A stretch of DNA of 63,700 nt, the filler included, from Globobulimina sp. (lineage: Eukaryota): NCBI GenBank assembly GCA_003354225.1. It is 40 parts of 40 records of this genome, joined end to end, with 100 filler letters (N's around TTAATTAATTAA, not from the genome) between each part and the next. Parts side by side here need not be neighbours in the genome. Positions count along the whole stretch, not along the records: positions 36,700 to 38,194 come from PIVH01015781.1; positions 38,295 to 39,789 come from PIVH01015782.1; positions 39,890 to 41,384 come from PIVH01015783.1; positions 41,485 to 42,978 come from PIVH01015784.1; positions 43,079 to 44,572 come from PIVH01015785.1; positions 44,673 to 46,166 come from PIVH01015786.1; positions 46,267 to 47,760 come from PIVH01015787.1; positions 47,861 to 49,354 come from PIVH01015788.1; 32 more parts are not named here. One strand, given 5' to 3'. A program made the position numbers and the translations under genes. The notes beneath the pieces were generated by a model. That model was not told where the DNA came from and made no database searches. It worked only from the letters and a program-made list of their open reading frames with translations. Each line of letters opens with the position of its first letter. The first letter of the stretch is position 1. Shown here piece after piece: positions 36,700 to 49,158 of this stretch.

Positions 36700-38194
36700 T
36701 TGTCCCACAAATGGATTCAAGAGCGGCGCCAGTAATGACTCGATATTGTAATGTGTATCGGATCAATTGTTTGAAGTTCTTATATTTGACTGGGGGAATC
36801 CCCACCATTTTATTACAGAGATCAAAGGAAATGCCATATATTACTGCAGATTGACAAGTCCGTATAAACCCGGATTCTTTCAACGATACTTGAACATTAA
36901 GCTCTTTCATAAGAGCATCAAATCTGACTTCCATTTCAATGCAGTCAACTTCTTTGACCGCTGCTAGTACAAAATCATCGATGTGAACTAACGTTTTACC
37001 TCGCCATTGAGTGTCAAAGATCTTATTATCCAAAATCCAAATTAAAATTTGAGCAAAGTATTGGGAGTTTGCCGGTGCGGAGGCGACCCCATACGGTTGC
37101 TTACGATCCCGCCACACTAAACCAAACAGTGAGTAACATATATAGTCACTGTCTTCTTCACAAAGTCCGATTTGACGAAAGAAATCCGATAAATCACGGA
37201 TTGCAAAGAAGTTACAGTCAATGAGGGTTTTAATGTATTGCTTCAAATTCGGAAGGGAAGGGATTTTGCATTTTATTGGGCGAATTAAATCATTTATAGA
37301 AGAGGTTGCACCGGTTTTAAACGATCCATTTCGGATAACTCTAAATTTAGTGTACCGGCCTTGGCCGTCTTTCTTCGGGGTACAAAAGATCATAATCATA
37401 TATTTAGGAGTCCCAAAGAATGGCTCAATTTGCCCGTTTTCAGCCTCAGCAATCATTTTGTGTAAAATGGCTATAGTTTCTTGCGGAGTATTGGCAATAT
37501 TCGAGATTTTTGTCGATAATTGACTGTGTATCACGTGTGTGGCACGCTGCGATTTGGATTTAAAATGTGTTTCCAACCACAACGGGAAACCGACTGTAAT
37601 CCATTTGATATCGGATTTCGCTTTGCGTTTCCCCTTCAAATATTTGGTGAACGCCGGTATATTAAACCGATTGGTATATTTAGAGGGTTCATTATGGAGT
37701 TGTGTGAACCGAGCTAATTTCGGGCGTAGCTGAGCCGCGAAACTTGGATCGAATTCTGAGTATTGTACAAAACGCACTTCAGTGAAATGTAAGTGACCGA
37801 CGATGGGCTCTTGAGGGAGTTTAAGAGTCGCATCATTGCAGTGGGGGAACAAGGTATAACGTGGTTTCCAAGGTAAGTGAAATGGTATTATTTACTATAG
37901 TCATAAACCACACACAAATATTTAAATACATAAATGTAAAGTTAGTATCAATTATCAAAAGCGAATATCATTGAATTTAGCCATAAACTTTTTATAAATG
38001 TTTGGCTTTGATTTCGCCGTTGGGCAATTTTTAAACGAATGCTTTTGGTCCGGATGAAATGCGCAATTATGTTTGAACCGTGCATCTGGTGATGGCTCGC
38101 ATTGATTTCTCGGGTTTTTACAGTCATCGAAGCCAAATTTGAACATGCAAATATCACTCGGGCATGTCGAGCCATATTCGGACATGCAATCCCA
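36700..38194 (-). mobile_element. DIRS/Ngaro-type (tyrosine-recombinase class) retrotransposon fragment: gag-like zinc-knuckle end plus reverse transcriptase
   Basis: RT motifs PKKD...FRVI..GS...SINDLI, RDLSDFFRQI, QPYGVASAP, HIDDF, YGISFD, LESICG. Upstream Cys/His-rich ORF at 37955..38194 (C..C..C..FKHNC..H....H....C). Confidence 0.8.
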
Positions 38195-38772
38195 NNNNNN
38201 NNNNNNNNNNNNNNNNNNNNNNNNNNNNNNNNNNNNNNTTAATTAATTAANNNNNNNNNNNNNNNNNNNNNNNNNNNNNNNNNNNNNNNNNNNNCGTGTC
38301 GTGCCGTGCTGTACCGTACTGTACTGCACATCTCGAGAAAGTATGGAAAACCTAGGCAATATTGAAACAAATACTAAAACAACTAAGTGAAGGGAAAACT
38401 AAAGTATGGAAAAAAGGGATTACTAAATTATGGAAAACCTAGGTAATAATGAAACTAATACTAGAACAACTACGTAATACGTAAACGAATAATATTGTTT
38501 ACCAGACATACACAAATTAAGTCCATTTTGGCAATGCCGGTTTTAACGTAAACGTTTATCTAAGGAATTTATCTAAAAGAATGAGTTCATTAGAAACCTG
38601 ATTTACGTAGGTGTATTTTTGACAATCTCATGGTCAACTTCATTCCTGTTTTGACATAAACGTTTATCTAAGAAATTAAATCTAAGAGACTGAATACATT
38701 GGAAACCTGATTTACATAACTATACACGTTATGCTTGATTTGCATTTATGGCGCCATAAAGATTCGTTACTT

Positions 38773-38870
38773 TACTGTACTGTACAGCAGTACGGTACGG
38801 TTCGGTATGGTACTGTACTGTACTGTACTATGCCGTACCGTACTGTACCGTACTGTACCGTGCTGTACTG
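38773..38870. repeat. Pentanucleotide microsatellite (GTACT/GTACC)n; related tracts at 38295..38325 and 39519..39585
   Basis: Visible directly. Confidence 0.85.
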
Positions 38871-38918
38871 TAAGAGACTGAGCACATTGAAACCTTGATT
38901 TGCAAATTAAATTTTTTA

Positions 38919-39452
38919 CTACTCAGAATTATTGCTGCTTTCATCACTGCTGTATTCGTTATCACTGTTAATATCATAATATATCTTATCCATCAGCTTC
39001 TTGAACAATTCCATATTGTCTATCTTTATTTGATCTTTATCGACATCATTTTCTTCATGAATGCTACCCAGTCTGCACCCTACTCCATCACGCATCAAAT
39101 GTACATCCCATATACAATCGTCTTCAGATCTTTCATCCTTCCATACCAAGGTATCCATCAGAGCTGGATTAGTATCCATTCTTTCAATGGCATTCAGAAG
39201 ATTTTTTACAGCTTTCCTCACTTTAAATACAAATCCACCATCGCCAAACCAAACTTTGCAATCATGTTGTTTCATATACATATCAGTAAAGGTTACACAT
39301 CTCACATCACAGAATTCGTTGACACCCCATATTTCGACAATCAAATTTTCGGCTGGGCACCTATACCTCTTTTTCACAGTTTCTTCCACCATACTGAATA
39401 CAGACACAAACCTCGAGTGAATTGTTTCCTCACTATATAAATATGTGGTCAT
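38919..39452 (-). CDS. Hypothetical protein
   Basis: Intact intronless 177-aa ORF with natural composition and an acidic tail. No family recognised. Confidence 0.5.
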   Translation of the reverse strand: MTTYLYSEETIHSRFVSVFSMVEETVKKRYRCPAENLIVEIWGVNEFCDVRCVTFTDMYMKQHDCKVWFGDGGFVFKVRKAVKNLLNAIERMDTNPALMDTLVWKDERSEDDCIWDVHLMRDGVGCRLGSIHEENDVDKDQIKIDNMELFKKLMDKIYYDINSDNEYSSDESSNNSE

Positions 39453-39889
39453 CGGATGTTGTCATCTTTTTCCATCATAGATCACACAAATCCCATTTTT
39501 TCACATCTTGCGCAGCTTAGTACAGTACAGTATAGTACTATATTGTATTGTTTACACAGTACAGTACTATATTGTATTGTGTACAACACCTTACCCATGG
39601 TACAACCGGTTTGAAATAATGACAAATAACCAGTTTTGTAAAGCCGGTTTTAACATTAACAATGCCCCTACCCATCGCAACCCCTGTATTGGTCCACACT
39701 CTCATCAATGGTACCATTTGGTCTGAAAACGTATCATTATGGTACTGGCTCCATATATGGTACCATTTGGTCTGAAAAGGTATCATTATNNNNNNNNNNN
39801 NNNNNNNNNNNNNNNNNNNNNNNNNNNNNNNNNTTAATTAATTAANNNNNNNNNNNNNNNNNNNNNNNNNNNNNNNNNNNNNNNNNNNN

Positions 39890-41379
39890 TGAAAACTGTC
39901 ATAATTATCATATTTTTCTATTTTTAGACAGTTCTTATATCTGGTTTCAACACAACATAATACTGAAGGTTTTATGGTTTCAATATGATCACGTATAAGT
40001 TCACTTTTGGAATTCATAGAACAAACATTAGCATACATAATATCAAATTTATGTTTTATTTCTTTGTCCTTTGTGCATTTCGCTTTCTTTTTATTCATAA
40101 AGTTCCTTTGTATTGGTTCTGAAATGTGTATATTACGTTTCTTTGTATCAGTTTGGTCGTTTCGTTTGAATTGTTTTGGTTCTGAAATATGACTCTTTGG
40201 TTGTCATAAATATGGGTTTGCTGGAGTTGGTGTTGCCGTAGGTACAGGTTCACCTAATTTTGTCCAAATTTCTATTCTGTTTTCCATATATCTAACATAC
40301 TCATGATAGATAGATTCAAATTCTTCGTATGTGTTCCACATATTATATGTACATACAGGATTTGGTTCATCATACATTATATTTGTACATACATTTGGTT
40401 CAGATTTTGAATTTTCATGTATATTTATGTATATGGTATATAATCTAACATACTCATGATAGATAGATTCAAATTCTTCATTCTCGTTTGGTTCAGATTT
40501 TGAATTTTCATGTATATTATTCATACATTCAGGTTTTGATTCAACATACATACTATTTGTACATACATTATTGGTCTGCTTCTCAGTACATAAATATGGA
40601 TTTATTGGAGTTAGTGTTGCCGTAGGTTCAGGCTCACCTAATTTTATCAAAATATTTGTTCTTTGTCTTCTTTCTATACTTTCCATATATAATCCGCATA
40701 ACTGTGCAATATCGTATTGATTGGAAAATTTCGTACTAATATATTCAAGATAATGTTTGAATATTTTGAATTTCATCTGACTTTTCATGACTTCATCTGT
40801 TGGTGTGTATGGTACCCAGGCATATACTTGGTTTATGTTATCTTTTCCATTTATTGTATTTTGGCCAGGAATTTTCATATTTACCTTGTCATTCTTAGGC
40901 TCAGGTTTTGGTTCATCATACATACTATTTGTACATACATTTGGTTCGGTTGGTGTTGCCGTAGGTTCTAAGTTATAATTACGGGGAAATTTTTGGGCAG
41001 GGGGCGTGTGGAAAGGTACAGATCGTGCATTGATTATAGGGTTGCTTATAAAGGGATCAAATAAATCCGGGTTTTCTTCTAATTGCGCAATCCCACACAT
41101 ATCATCAGAACATAAATTACAAACATATTTTACCTGTTTTTTGGGATGTTTTCCTTTTTCTCTCCTGGTTTTCTTCTTTATGACATCCAATCTTTTATCT
41201 TCTTTAAGTACTTCCAAATTCTTTTTTTCCTGGCGATTTTTTCTTTCTTTGATCCATCTTCTCATCTTTATGGTGACCAATTTTATTTGTTGACAGGCTA
41301 ATTCGGCAGTTTTGACACAAAAATTGAACTTTGGCATAATATTTTCTTCACTAGGAAGTGAAGAATTATTATTGATCAA
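39890..41379 (-). mobile_element. Non-LTR retrotransposon (LINE) fragment: repeat-rich upstream ORF plus start of APE endonuclease
   Basis: IMYANVCSMNSKSELIRDHIETIKPSVLCCVET matches the APE/EEP N-terminus (N..S...K......PD.....ET). The upstream 391-aa ORF has internal duplications (EPTATPT, NVCTNSMY, EEFESIYHEYVR). Confidence 0.7.
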
Positions 41380-41766
41380 AAATTNNNNNNNNNNNNNNNN
41401 NNNNNNNNNNNNNNNNNNNNNNNNNNNNTTAATTAATTAANNNNNNNNNNNNNNNNNNNNNNNNNNNNNNNNNNNNNNNNNNNNCGAATATAAAACATTT
41501 CTTGACACCCTACGCAGGTTCGAGCCCGGCTGTGATAATTTTTTAAAATTTATTTCACCAGTTCAGCTTTTAAACCGTGGATCGACATGCAAACAATGAT
41601 CAAGTACCCAAGAGCGATAACATAAATATTTATAACACTTTTGCCAATGTGATTTAGTACATTTAATGCATATTACAGTCATATTCAAGTAAAAACAATA
41701 CAATGCTGTCGTTTTTCATAGATGATGTACAATATTAGCACAATTAATGTTAAGACAAATAATTTA

Positions 41767-42300
41767 TTACTGACAATACTGTGCAAAGAAATGACGTTTG
41801 AAAACTTCAGATTCAATCAAATAGGCAAGATTTTTTGCCCATTGTCCAAGATCTAGCATATTATTGTCATTGTATAAACAACTGCTTCTATAACCACTTA
41901 TATCATGATAACAATCAAGGACATTATTTCGGTGCAAACAGAATGTCCTATATAAATCTAGAGCATTTTCTGCATCTGGCATATCATTTCGAATTTTGGT
42001 AAGTTCGCCAAAGTTATTCCTAACCCATGTAGCTAGAATGGACAAGTTTCTGAGACATTTTTTCTGGAAATCCTTGACATCAGAGATTTTGCAAATTACT
42101 TGTGGTTCTGGGAAATTTAAACTAACAGATTCTCGAATAAAGTATGCATCTGCTTTGGTGCAATATTCATCCGGTACTTTTACAAGGTCACAAATCCGTT
42201 CACAGTGTTTTGTACATTCCTGGTACTGACGCATTATTTCATTCACTTCGATGCCACTTCTGTCCCTGCAAAATCTGTCCCCTGGCGCCACTACACCCAA
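41767..42300 (-). CDS. Hypothetical protein
   Basis: 177-aa open frame with a non-ATG start in AT-rich DNA. No family recognised. Confidence 0.35.
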   Translation of the reverse strand: MGVVAPGDRFCRDRSGIEVNEIMRQYQECTKHCERICDLVKVPDEYCTKADAYFIRESVSLNFPEPQVICKISDVKDFQKKCLRNLSILATWVRNNFGELTKIRNDMPDAENALDLYRTFCLHRNNVLDCYHDISGYRSSCLYNDNNMLDLGQWAKNLAYLIESEVFKRHFFAQYCQ

Positions 42301-43078
42301 GTATAGCCTTTTTCCTTATTAAAGTGTGAACAACTTTGTACCACAATTAATTTTAAGGTTATGTTAGAAATGGCCGCTTTACAGGCAGATTCAGCTATAT
42401 ATATCAGTTGGACACCTGTTGGATCCACGATTTTCAAAATAGACCGGCAGAGGCTGATTGAGAGTCAGCTGATTGAATATCTGGATAATTTCGCAAGTGC
42501 GGCCAGCAGAAAAGCCTCTTTCAAACCTGGCAAGTGCCAAGAAGCATGGGCCCAATCCTTGACCAGCGATATTAAGAAAATGGCTAAAGAAGTGGCAGTG
42601 GTACTTCGATGTTACAGTTGTGTGGATACTGCTGCCAGACAAGCCACAAGGCACATTGTGAATAAACTTAGTTCTGTAGTTGCATAATCGATTTTTGTTA
42701 CAAGTGTGCTGAATGGCACTTGATAAGCTGAACTACTACTTTTTTGGATTGTGTGTCAGACAACTAAATATTTTTGCTGCACGTTTGACCGTAGTCTATC
42801 TAAATCATGTTATTTTGCTTAGAATTTACAAATTATTCATTTGTTTTTTATCTTTTGTCGCAATTTGTGGTCATACTGTACTTTGCCCTAGTTTTGTCAT
42901 ATATTATTAATGCACTGTATGTTTGTTTTGTTTACTACAACAAGTTTTGACAGAGATGCTTGATTTGGTATATTTTGANNNNNNNNNNNNNNNNNNNNNN
43001 NNNNNNNNNNNNNNNNNNNNNNTTAATTAATTAANNNNNNNNNNNNNNNNNNNNNNNNNNNNNNNNNNNNNNNNNNNN

Positions 43079-44497
43079 CTCTTTTTTTTCTTTTTCCTTT
43101 AATAAGTGTTGCCTATTAACCCCATATATTTTTTGTAGGTCATTGTTATCCAAATCATTAATTGATTTCGGTATTTGTATCGTTGATTTATTATCGATTA
43201 ATTTTTTCAAAGCCAACACATCGACACCAGTTTTTTCAACCAACTTATCAATAATTGTTTGTATCTCCCTTTGGTCCACACCGCAATGAATGGCATCACT
43301 GACAGTCGCGTCGTGCTGTTTAATTGGGGCCATTATTAAATGTCCAATTTTCTGTATAACATCGCGTATGGTCTCATGCTTAATATTTACATAAAATACG
43401 TAGGCAAAATGTCGCAGATATCCAATATCATAGCGATTTGAATCGTATATTATGGGAAAATTTGATTTCTGTCCATGTACTGCATCATAAAACAACTCAT
43501 CATATTTCTGCATAAACTTCGTTTTGTTTCTCTCCTTTTTCTCCTTCAAATCACGTTTCTCTTTTTTCTGGCTAAAACCAACTAAATCCGTACTGGACTG
43601 AGTCAATGACGGGGACCTGGAACCAGCTGAATCCGTTGACGGAGATGGCGGCGATGGCGGCGGCGGCGGTGCTGCAGTTTGAGTGACATAATGTTTTGGT
43701 ACATTAATAAATTCATTTCTATTCTTAGGATGTAACATTTTATGAACCAATCTGCCAATATTTATAGTTTCTTCACATAACAATTTATCTAAAATCTTAG
43801 CTCTGTTAATTGGTACATCGCAGGCTAACGAAGCAAAGTTATCAATGATACGATCAATCTCCTTCTTGTAATCTCGCAACGTTGTTTGTAATAATTTTCT
43901 CATATTATTCTCTTTTTTGATGCTGCCAAATACATCAAACAAAGTACGCTCAAATATAATGTCTGCATTCTCTTTCAATTTACATCGAAACATTTCAGCC
44001 ACAAAAACTATCGCATCGTATAAGTGCTGGGTTGCATTTAAAACAAGATTACGAATCGAAGTCCATACGTTGGCCTGTCTCGTACTCATAAAACAACCAC
44101 AGATATTCACCAGATCTTCCTCTGTGTATTGCGGAAATGTCATATATGACACCATACATTGCCATGCCTCAATAATTCGATTTATCGCAGCAGAGGCACT
44201 CAATTCCATTCTCAATCTCATCAATAATCGACTCGGCGCTCTTTTATTCACCAGTTTGCCCAACAATGTCTGCAACTTATTCCATTGTATAACATGTTCC
44301 CATTTATTAGCCATAACATTTTTATTTGACGCGGACACCACATCAAAGTCATCCATTTCTTGACACCACGTTTTTTTATATTTAGCATCCGTTTGCATAC
44401 TACATTGACCAGAATAAAATTGCCGGCACATTTTTAAAAACTTGTTGTTAAACTCAATGCATTGCACTTTTAATTTTACAAAGACTGTTTGGTCCAT
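43079..44497 (-). CDS. Probable dynamin-related protein (DRP5/ARC5/Dlp-like) stalk region, fragment
   Basis: ELSASAAINRIIEAW...FPQYTEEDLVNICG resembles the DRP5 middle-domain pattern LYGGAQ..R...EF...P..T.EEI.NACG. Long helical ORF. GTPase domain not in the contig. Confidence 0.45.
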
Positions 44498-44828
44498 TGG
44501 AAATCTATTCTAGGGTGTTAGCAGATTCCACTTAAAATCCTTCTTTTCCTGAAATCACCAGAAATCACCCCANNNNNNNNNNNNNNNNNNNNNNNNNNNN
44601 NNNNNNNNNNNNNNNNTTAATTAATTAANNNNNNNNNNNNNNNNNNNNNNNNNNNNNNNNNNNNNNNNNNNNACTGAAATTAAAAAAATAGAAATAAGCG
44701 GTGGAGCCATATATAAGTTAGTAAAAACATATCAAAACGCATACAAAAAATGAACATATATACAGTACAAAAACAAAGGTCAACACTTTCACAACAAAAA
44801 TAGAAAAAGTATTATAACATTAATTGAT

Positions 44829-46145
44829 TTATTGCGAATACTGTTTGATTAAATTGGAATAATATGTCAAATACTTCTCTACAATTTGTTGTCTATAATC
44901 TTTCAAATTATTTTTAAATTTGTATTTGTCATCTCTCGATAAGTTGGACTGCATCACACTGATAAATATCTTATCGTTTTCAAACATAAAATTTTGCACA
45001 ATATTAACTTTTTTGGTGTTTAATGTATATTGGGCGATATCCTTATAATCATTAATAAAATTTTCATACTGTTGCTCCATTTCGGATTTCTTTTTGTCGA
45101 TTTTTACTTTAATTTTGGTAATTTCTTGCTGTCTTAATTCCTTTTCTGTAATCGATTCAATTCTTAATTTTAATAATTCCTGCTTTGTCACAATAAAATC
45201 ATTATATTCCTTGATTAATTCATCCCTTTTTTTAACAATTTGTTCCTGCGATTTTTCATCAATTTCCTGTGCAATTTCACCGCTGGCATACCACGATAAA
45301 CCCTTTAAAACCAACTCATTCTTCAAATCATTATTACCCTCACTCCGCGGCAAAGAATTTGGAGCCAATTGTATTTGTATCGGTTGTTTTGGTTTTGGTT
45401 TAGCTTTTGGTGCTGTTGCGTGTTTGGATTGTATTGGTTGTTTTGGTTTTGCTTTTGGTGGTGTTGGCGATACGGATGGTATTGTTTGCATTATTGGTTG
45501 CTTTGGTTGCTTTGGTGGACCTTTGAGAATGAGTGATTGCCCGACAATTTGCGTTTTATGTGCATTATCGGCCTGAATCGCTTTATTTATCGCATTTTCT
45601 ACTTTCAATTTATATATTTGTGGCAACCTTAATTCGCAAATCATTTCCTCCGCCACATCATGCGGTTTATCAACCATTACATTGAAATCAAAGGTAACTG
45701 CCATTGGCTTGTCATTGGCTCTGTAAATTTGTAGTTTTATGGTGGTGATAAAGTTCCGTTTACTTACTACTTTTTGAACGTGCACATCGTTTTTAAATTT
45801 GTGCTTTTTATTCTTTTTCCTTTTCTTTTTTTTATCGCATAATAACTTATAATCTCTGGGATATCTCGGCAATAAAAAAGGATGTGATATTAACTCATTT
45901 GCAGAGGGCCGCAGTTTATAATTGAAATCCAAACATATATTAATAAAGGATTTGATGTACGGATCGCGAACAGTATACAAAATGTCTGGTTTCTGTTTTT
46001 CAACCATCACCTTGTTATACACCGCAATGGTATTCTTACACTCTTTGTATGGGATTGTATTTGTGGCTAATTCTAATACGCACATTCCAAAGGACCAAAT
46101 GTCCACTAATTCGTTATATTTTTCATTGTATAATTCAGGCGCCAT
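44829..46145 (-). CDS. WNK: WNK-family kinase, C-lobe plus CCT/PF2-like domain and coiled coil
   Basis: MAPELYNEKYNELVDIWSFGMCVLELAT..PY.EC.N, RPSANELISHPF, VTFDFN...D.P.DVAEEM. Confidence 0.88.
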   Translation of the reverse strand: MAPELYNEKYNELVDIWSFGMCVLELATNTIPYKECKNTIAVYNKVMVEKQKPDILYTVRDPYIKSFINICLDFNYKLRPSANELISHPFLLPRYPRDYKLLCDKKKKRKKNKKHKFKNDVHVQKVVSKRNFITTIKLQIYRANDKPMAVTFDFNVMVDKPHDVAEEMICELRLPQIYKLKVENAINKAIQADNAHKTQIVGQSLILKGPPKQPKQPIMQTIPSVSPTPPKAKPKQPIQSKHATAPKAKPKPKQPIQIQLAPNSLPRSEGNNDLKNELVLKGLSWYASGEIAQEIDEKSQEQIVKKRDELIKEYNDFIVTKQELLKLRIESITEKELRQQEITKIKVKIDKKKSEMEQQYENFINDYKDIAQYTLNTKKVNIVQNFMFENDKIFISVMQSNLSRDDKYKFKNNLKDYRQQIVEKYLTYYSNLIKQYSQ

Positions 46146-46292
46146 CCTTTGGCAATGCGTCATACANNNNNNNNNNNNNNNNNNNNNNNNNNNNNNNNNN
46201 NNNNNNNNNNTTAATTAATTAANNNNNNNNNNNNNNNNNNNNNNNNNNNNNNNNNNNNNNNNNNNNACAACAATCCATAAAATATAATTACT

Positions 46293-47760
46293 TTATCCAA
46301 ATCTATTATTCATTTTAATATTCATAGTCGGAGGTTTGTGTTTCGTCATATTGCCTGTAACAACATGTGCATTGCCAACAGTTGACCAGCCCGCATTGGA
46401 CTGGCTGCTAAAATTATCATTATCATTATTACTGTGCTGCTGCTGCTGTTTTTTATTTTGATTTTTTTTTCTTTGTTGATTTTTTTTATACTGCACAACA
46501 TTCAACGAATCAGATTGCGTTGCTTTCCTCGCACCCAATTTCCTCATTTGTGTCATAGCCGAATTCCGTGCATTTTGATCCGTGAATACAATATAAACAC
46601 TTGCATTATTCCTAAACATCCTATAATCCCCAGTCCACGCCAATAACCTGTCTTGTATTTTGGCGGAGGACACCTCTTCGCCATTCTCAATCACAATGAT
46701 GGTCCGCGGTGGCATGCATTCCAATGTTTTTATTTCATCCCCGCGCAGCTGATATTCCATCAACGCTTTCGATAATAAGTAATCAGTCAGACGCGTATGC
46801 TTTGTTTTTGACAATTCAATGTACGACAAGCCATATTTCCCACTGTTCTCCTTCTTCTCTGCGCGAATATGATAATGCGTCACCATCGAATATACAATGA
46901 ATCGCTGTTCAACACTCATTGGCTTCAAATTAATGATCCCCCCGCCACTCTTTGACGATATCAACACCGTAACATCGACATATTGCGATTTAAAGGCTTT
47001 ACAGTCTGCCGATTTATCGCCGATAAACGCTGCCAATAATCCTTCCATAAAGTACACAAACTTGGGCGCCATTATTTTCTTGTCTTGCTTGATAATAACT
47101 GAATGACTCTTATCTTCGTGCATCCACTTCAAAATCCTCTCCAATACACTCGCCGCAAACGGTACCATCAGATCAGACTCTTTGCCCTCTGTACGCTTCT
47201 TTTTTTTATTGCTGATCTTCAGCGCTTCCCTGAACCGCTTATTCCGTTCCGCAATCTGACACTCCTCGGTACACGGCACCGCTTTCAAGTCATACTCCGT
47301 CCTTCCTCGACAATACTGCTTCTCCGAATTCTCGCCACATTGGCACTTCACAGAGATCTGCGCTTTACACAGATCCGCGTTGCATTTGTTCCCATGGCAT
47401 TTATACATGCACTTATGTCCACACTTCAGCATCAACGCACAGATCTGGCCACAACCCAACACCCCGCGATCATGGACGGTTTTGCTTTCGCTCTCGCCAC
47501 ATAGCCCCACGTGACAGGTCCGACTGCATTTATGCACCTTGCAATCCAGCAGCTTACCACACGGATTGCCGCAGGATCGGCTATCCACATGACACGGCAT
47601 GTTATGCACCAACAATCCATGACTGATACACGGCTTACTACAGATTCGGACGCACGGCGGACATGCTCCGTGATGGCATTTGCTGCAACACAAATGCCCA
47701 CAGCCATTGACCTTATCGCACGTCGAGCCGCCGACCGGTATCTCCTTCGTGCCGCATTGG
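46293..47760 (-). CDS. NFX1: NF-X1-type zinc finger plus R3H domain protein, C-terminal part
   Basis: Repeated C.KLL.C..H.C...CH.G.C fingers; CTEECQIAERNKRFREALKI; R3H-like LKPMSVEQRFIVYSMVTHY. Frame break near 47700. Confidence 0.85.
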
Positions 47761-47862
47761 NNNNNNNNNNNNNNNNNNNNNNNNNNNNNNNNNNNNNNNN
47801 NNNNTTAATTAATTAANNNNNNNNNNNNNNNNNNNNNNNNNNNNNNNNNNNNNNNNNNNNTA

Positions 47863-49158
47863 TTGGACGATTTCGATTGTCATATCTCAGCAATTGGTAA
47901 TCACGAATTTGATTTTGGAGTTCAAAACGCATTGCAAAAATTCATCAAATCATCTCATATAACCTGGCTTTGCACAAATTTAAATTATAAAGGTGATGAT
48001 TCAAAAGTTAATATCTGGGATATTGCCACAGTACATATTAACGGCAAGAAAATTGGAATATTTTCTTTTTTGGATAAAAATAATGTGCCAAAATTGAGCG
48101 CGGCGAACGGCAAAGCATTTACTGACACTTTTGAGTTATATTCGGATATCAAGCAAATGGCAAAGAAAGCGGTCTATGTCTTGCAGTTACTTTATATTCT
48201 TTTATTTTATTTATATATATATTAATTTGAATGTAATATGTTTCTACTTTATAGAAATAAATATAAATGTGATATGATAGTAGCAATATCTCATATGGAC
48301 GGTTATTATAAAGAAGGAACGGGAGATCGTGAAAACGCAGAAAGCAATGCTCTGTCATGTGTGGTGAAAGGCGTTGATTTGATGTTAGATGCTTCGAATC
48401 ATGAGGCAATATCAGGCGTTATCTTTGCTGATTTGTTCCGAGGTTCGCAAGAAATGGATGCTTCGTTGGAAAAATTGCCCGGTTATTGTATGGGTGGAGT
48501 GGATTTAAATTATTTCAATCAAATTGTGATAAATAACAATAATGTTCAGGATGATTACAGTTTTTATATGCATCGAACAAGCAATTTTGCAGAGGATGAA
48601 GAAACAAAAAAAAAATATGATGCGTTGGTCGAACATTATTTAAAACAAAGCGGTTTGAATCAATATGAAGTTACGTTGGCGTTTGATTTTAATTTAACGA
48701 CCTTTCGAAATAATGTTGAATCTGTGTTTACGAAATTATTATTTGATGTGATCAAAGAAAATGAGGCATCGCTTGATTTATTAATATGCCCCGCCGGCCG
48801 AATCAGATCGAGTTTAAAATATGTGAAAGGGAGCAAATTTACATCGTATGAGTTATTGATGATTTTTGCCTTTGGATGGATTGCTGTCATATTTGAAACG
48901 GATAAGGAACAGTTGGTATCCTTTAAAAATGAGTTTGGTCATAATTTTGGCAAAGGCTCTTTTCCTCATTTTTATCCGAAAGATATTGAGCATTCATTTA
49001 AAGAGAATCAAAGGATAATATGTGTTTTACCAAAACACTTTTTTAAAGGAGGGGATGGATATCCTTTTAAGAATAATAAACAATTGAATGAATATAATAT
49101 TTTGCAATATATGAATAATGACAAGAAATTAGCACATTTTGGAGCCACCAATGTGTGA
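47863..49158 (+). CDS. Bifunctional metallophosphatase/5'-nucleotidase family protein, 5'-truncated, spliced
   Basis: IGNHEFDFG, WLCTNL, DMIVAISH, AGRIRS...IFAFG. Phase-compatible intron 48186..48254. Confidence 0.82.

Noticed and set aside
41512-41536. tRNA gene (GCAGGTTCGAGCCCGGC, B-box-like)
   Set aside because: Only an imperfect T-arm is present, with no D arm, anticodon arm or acceptor pairing.
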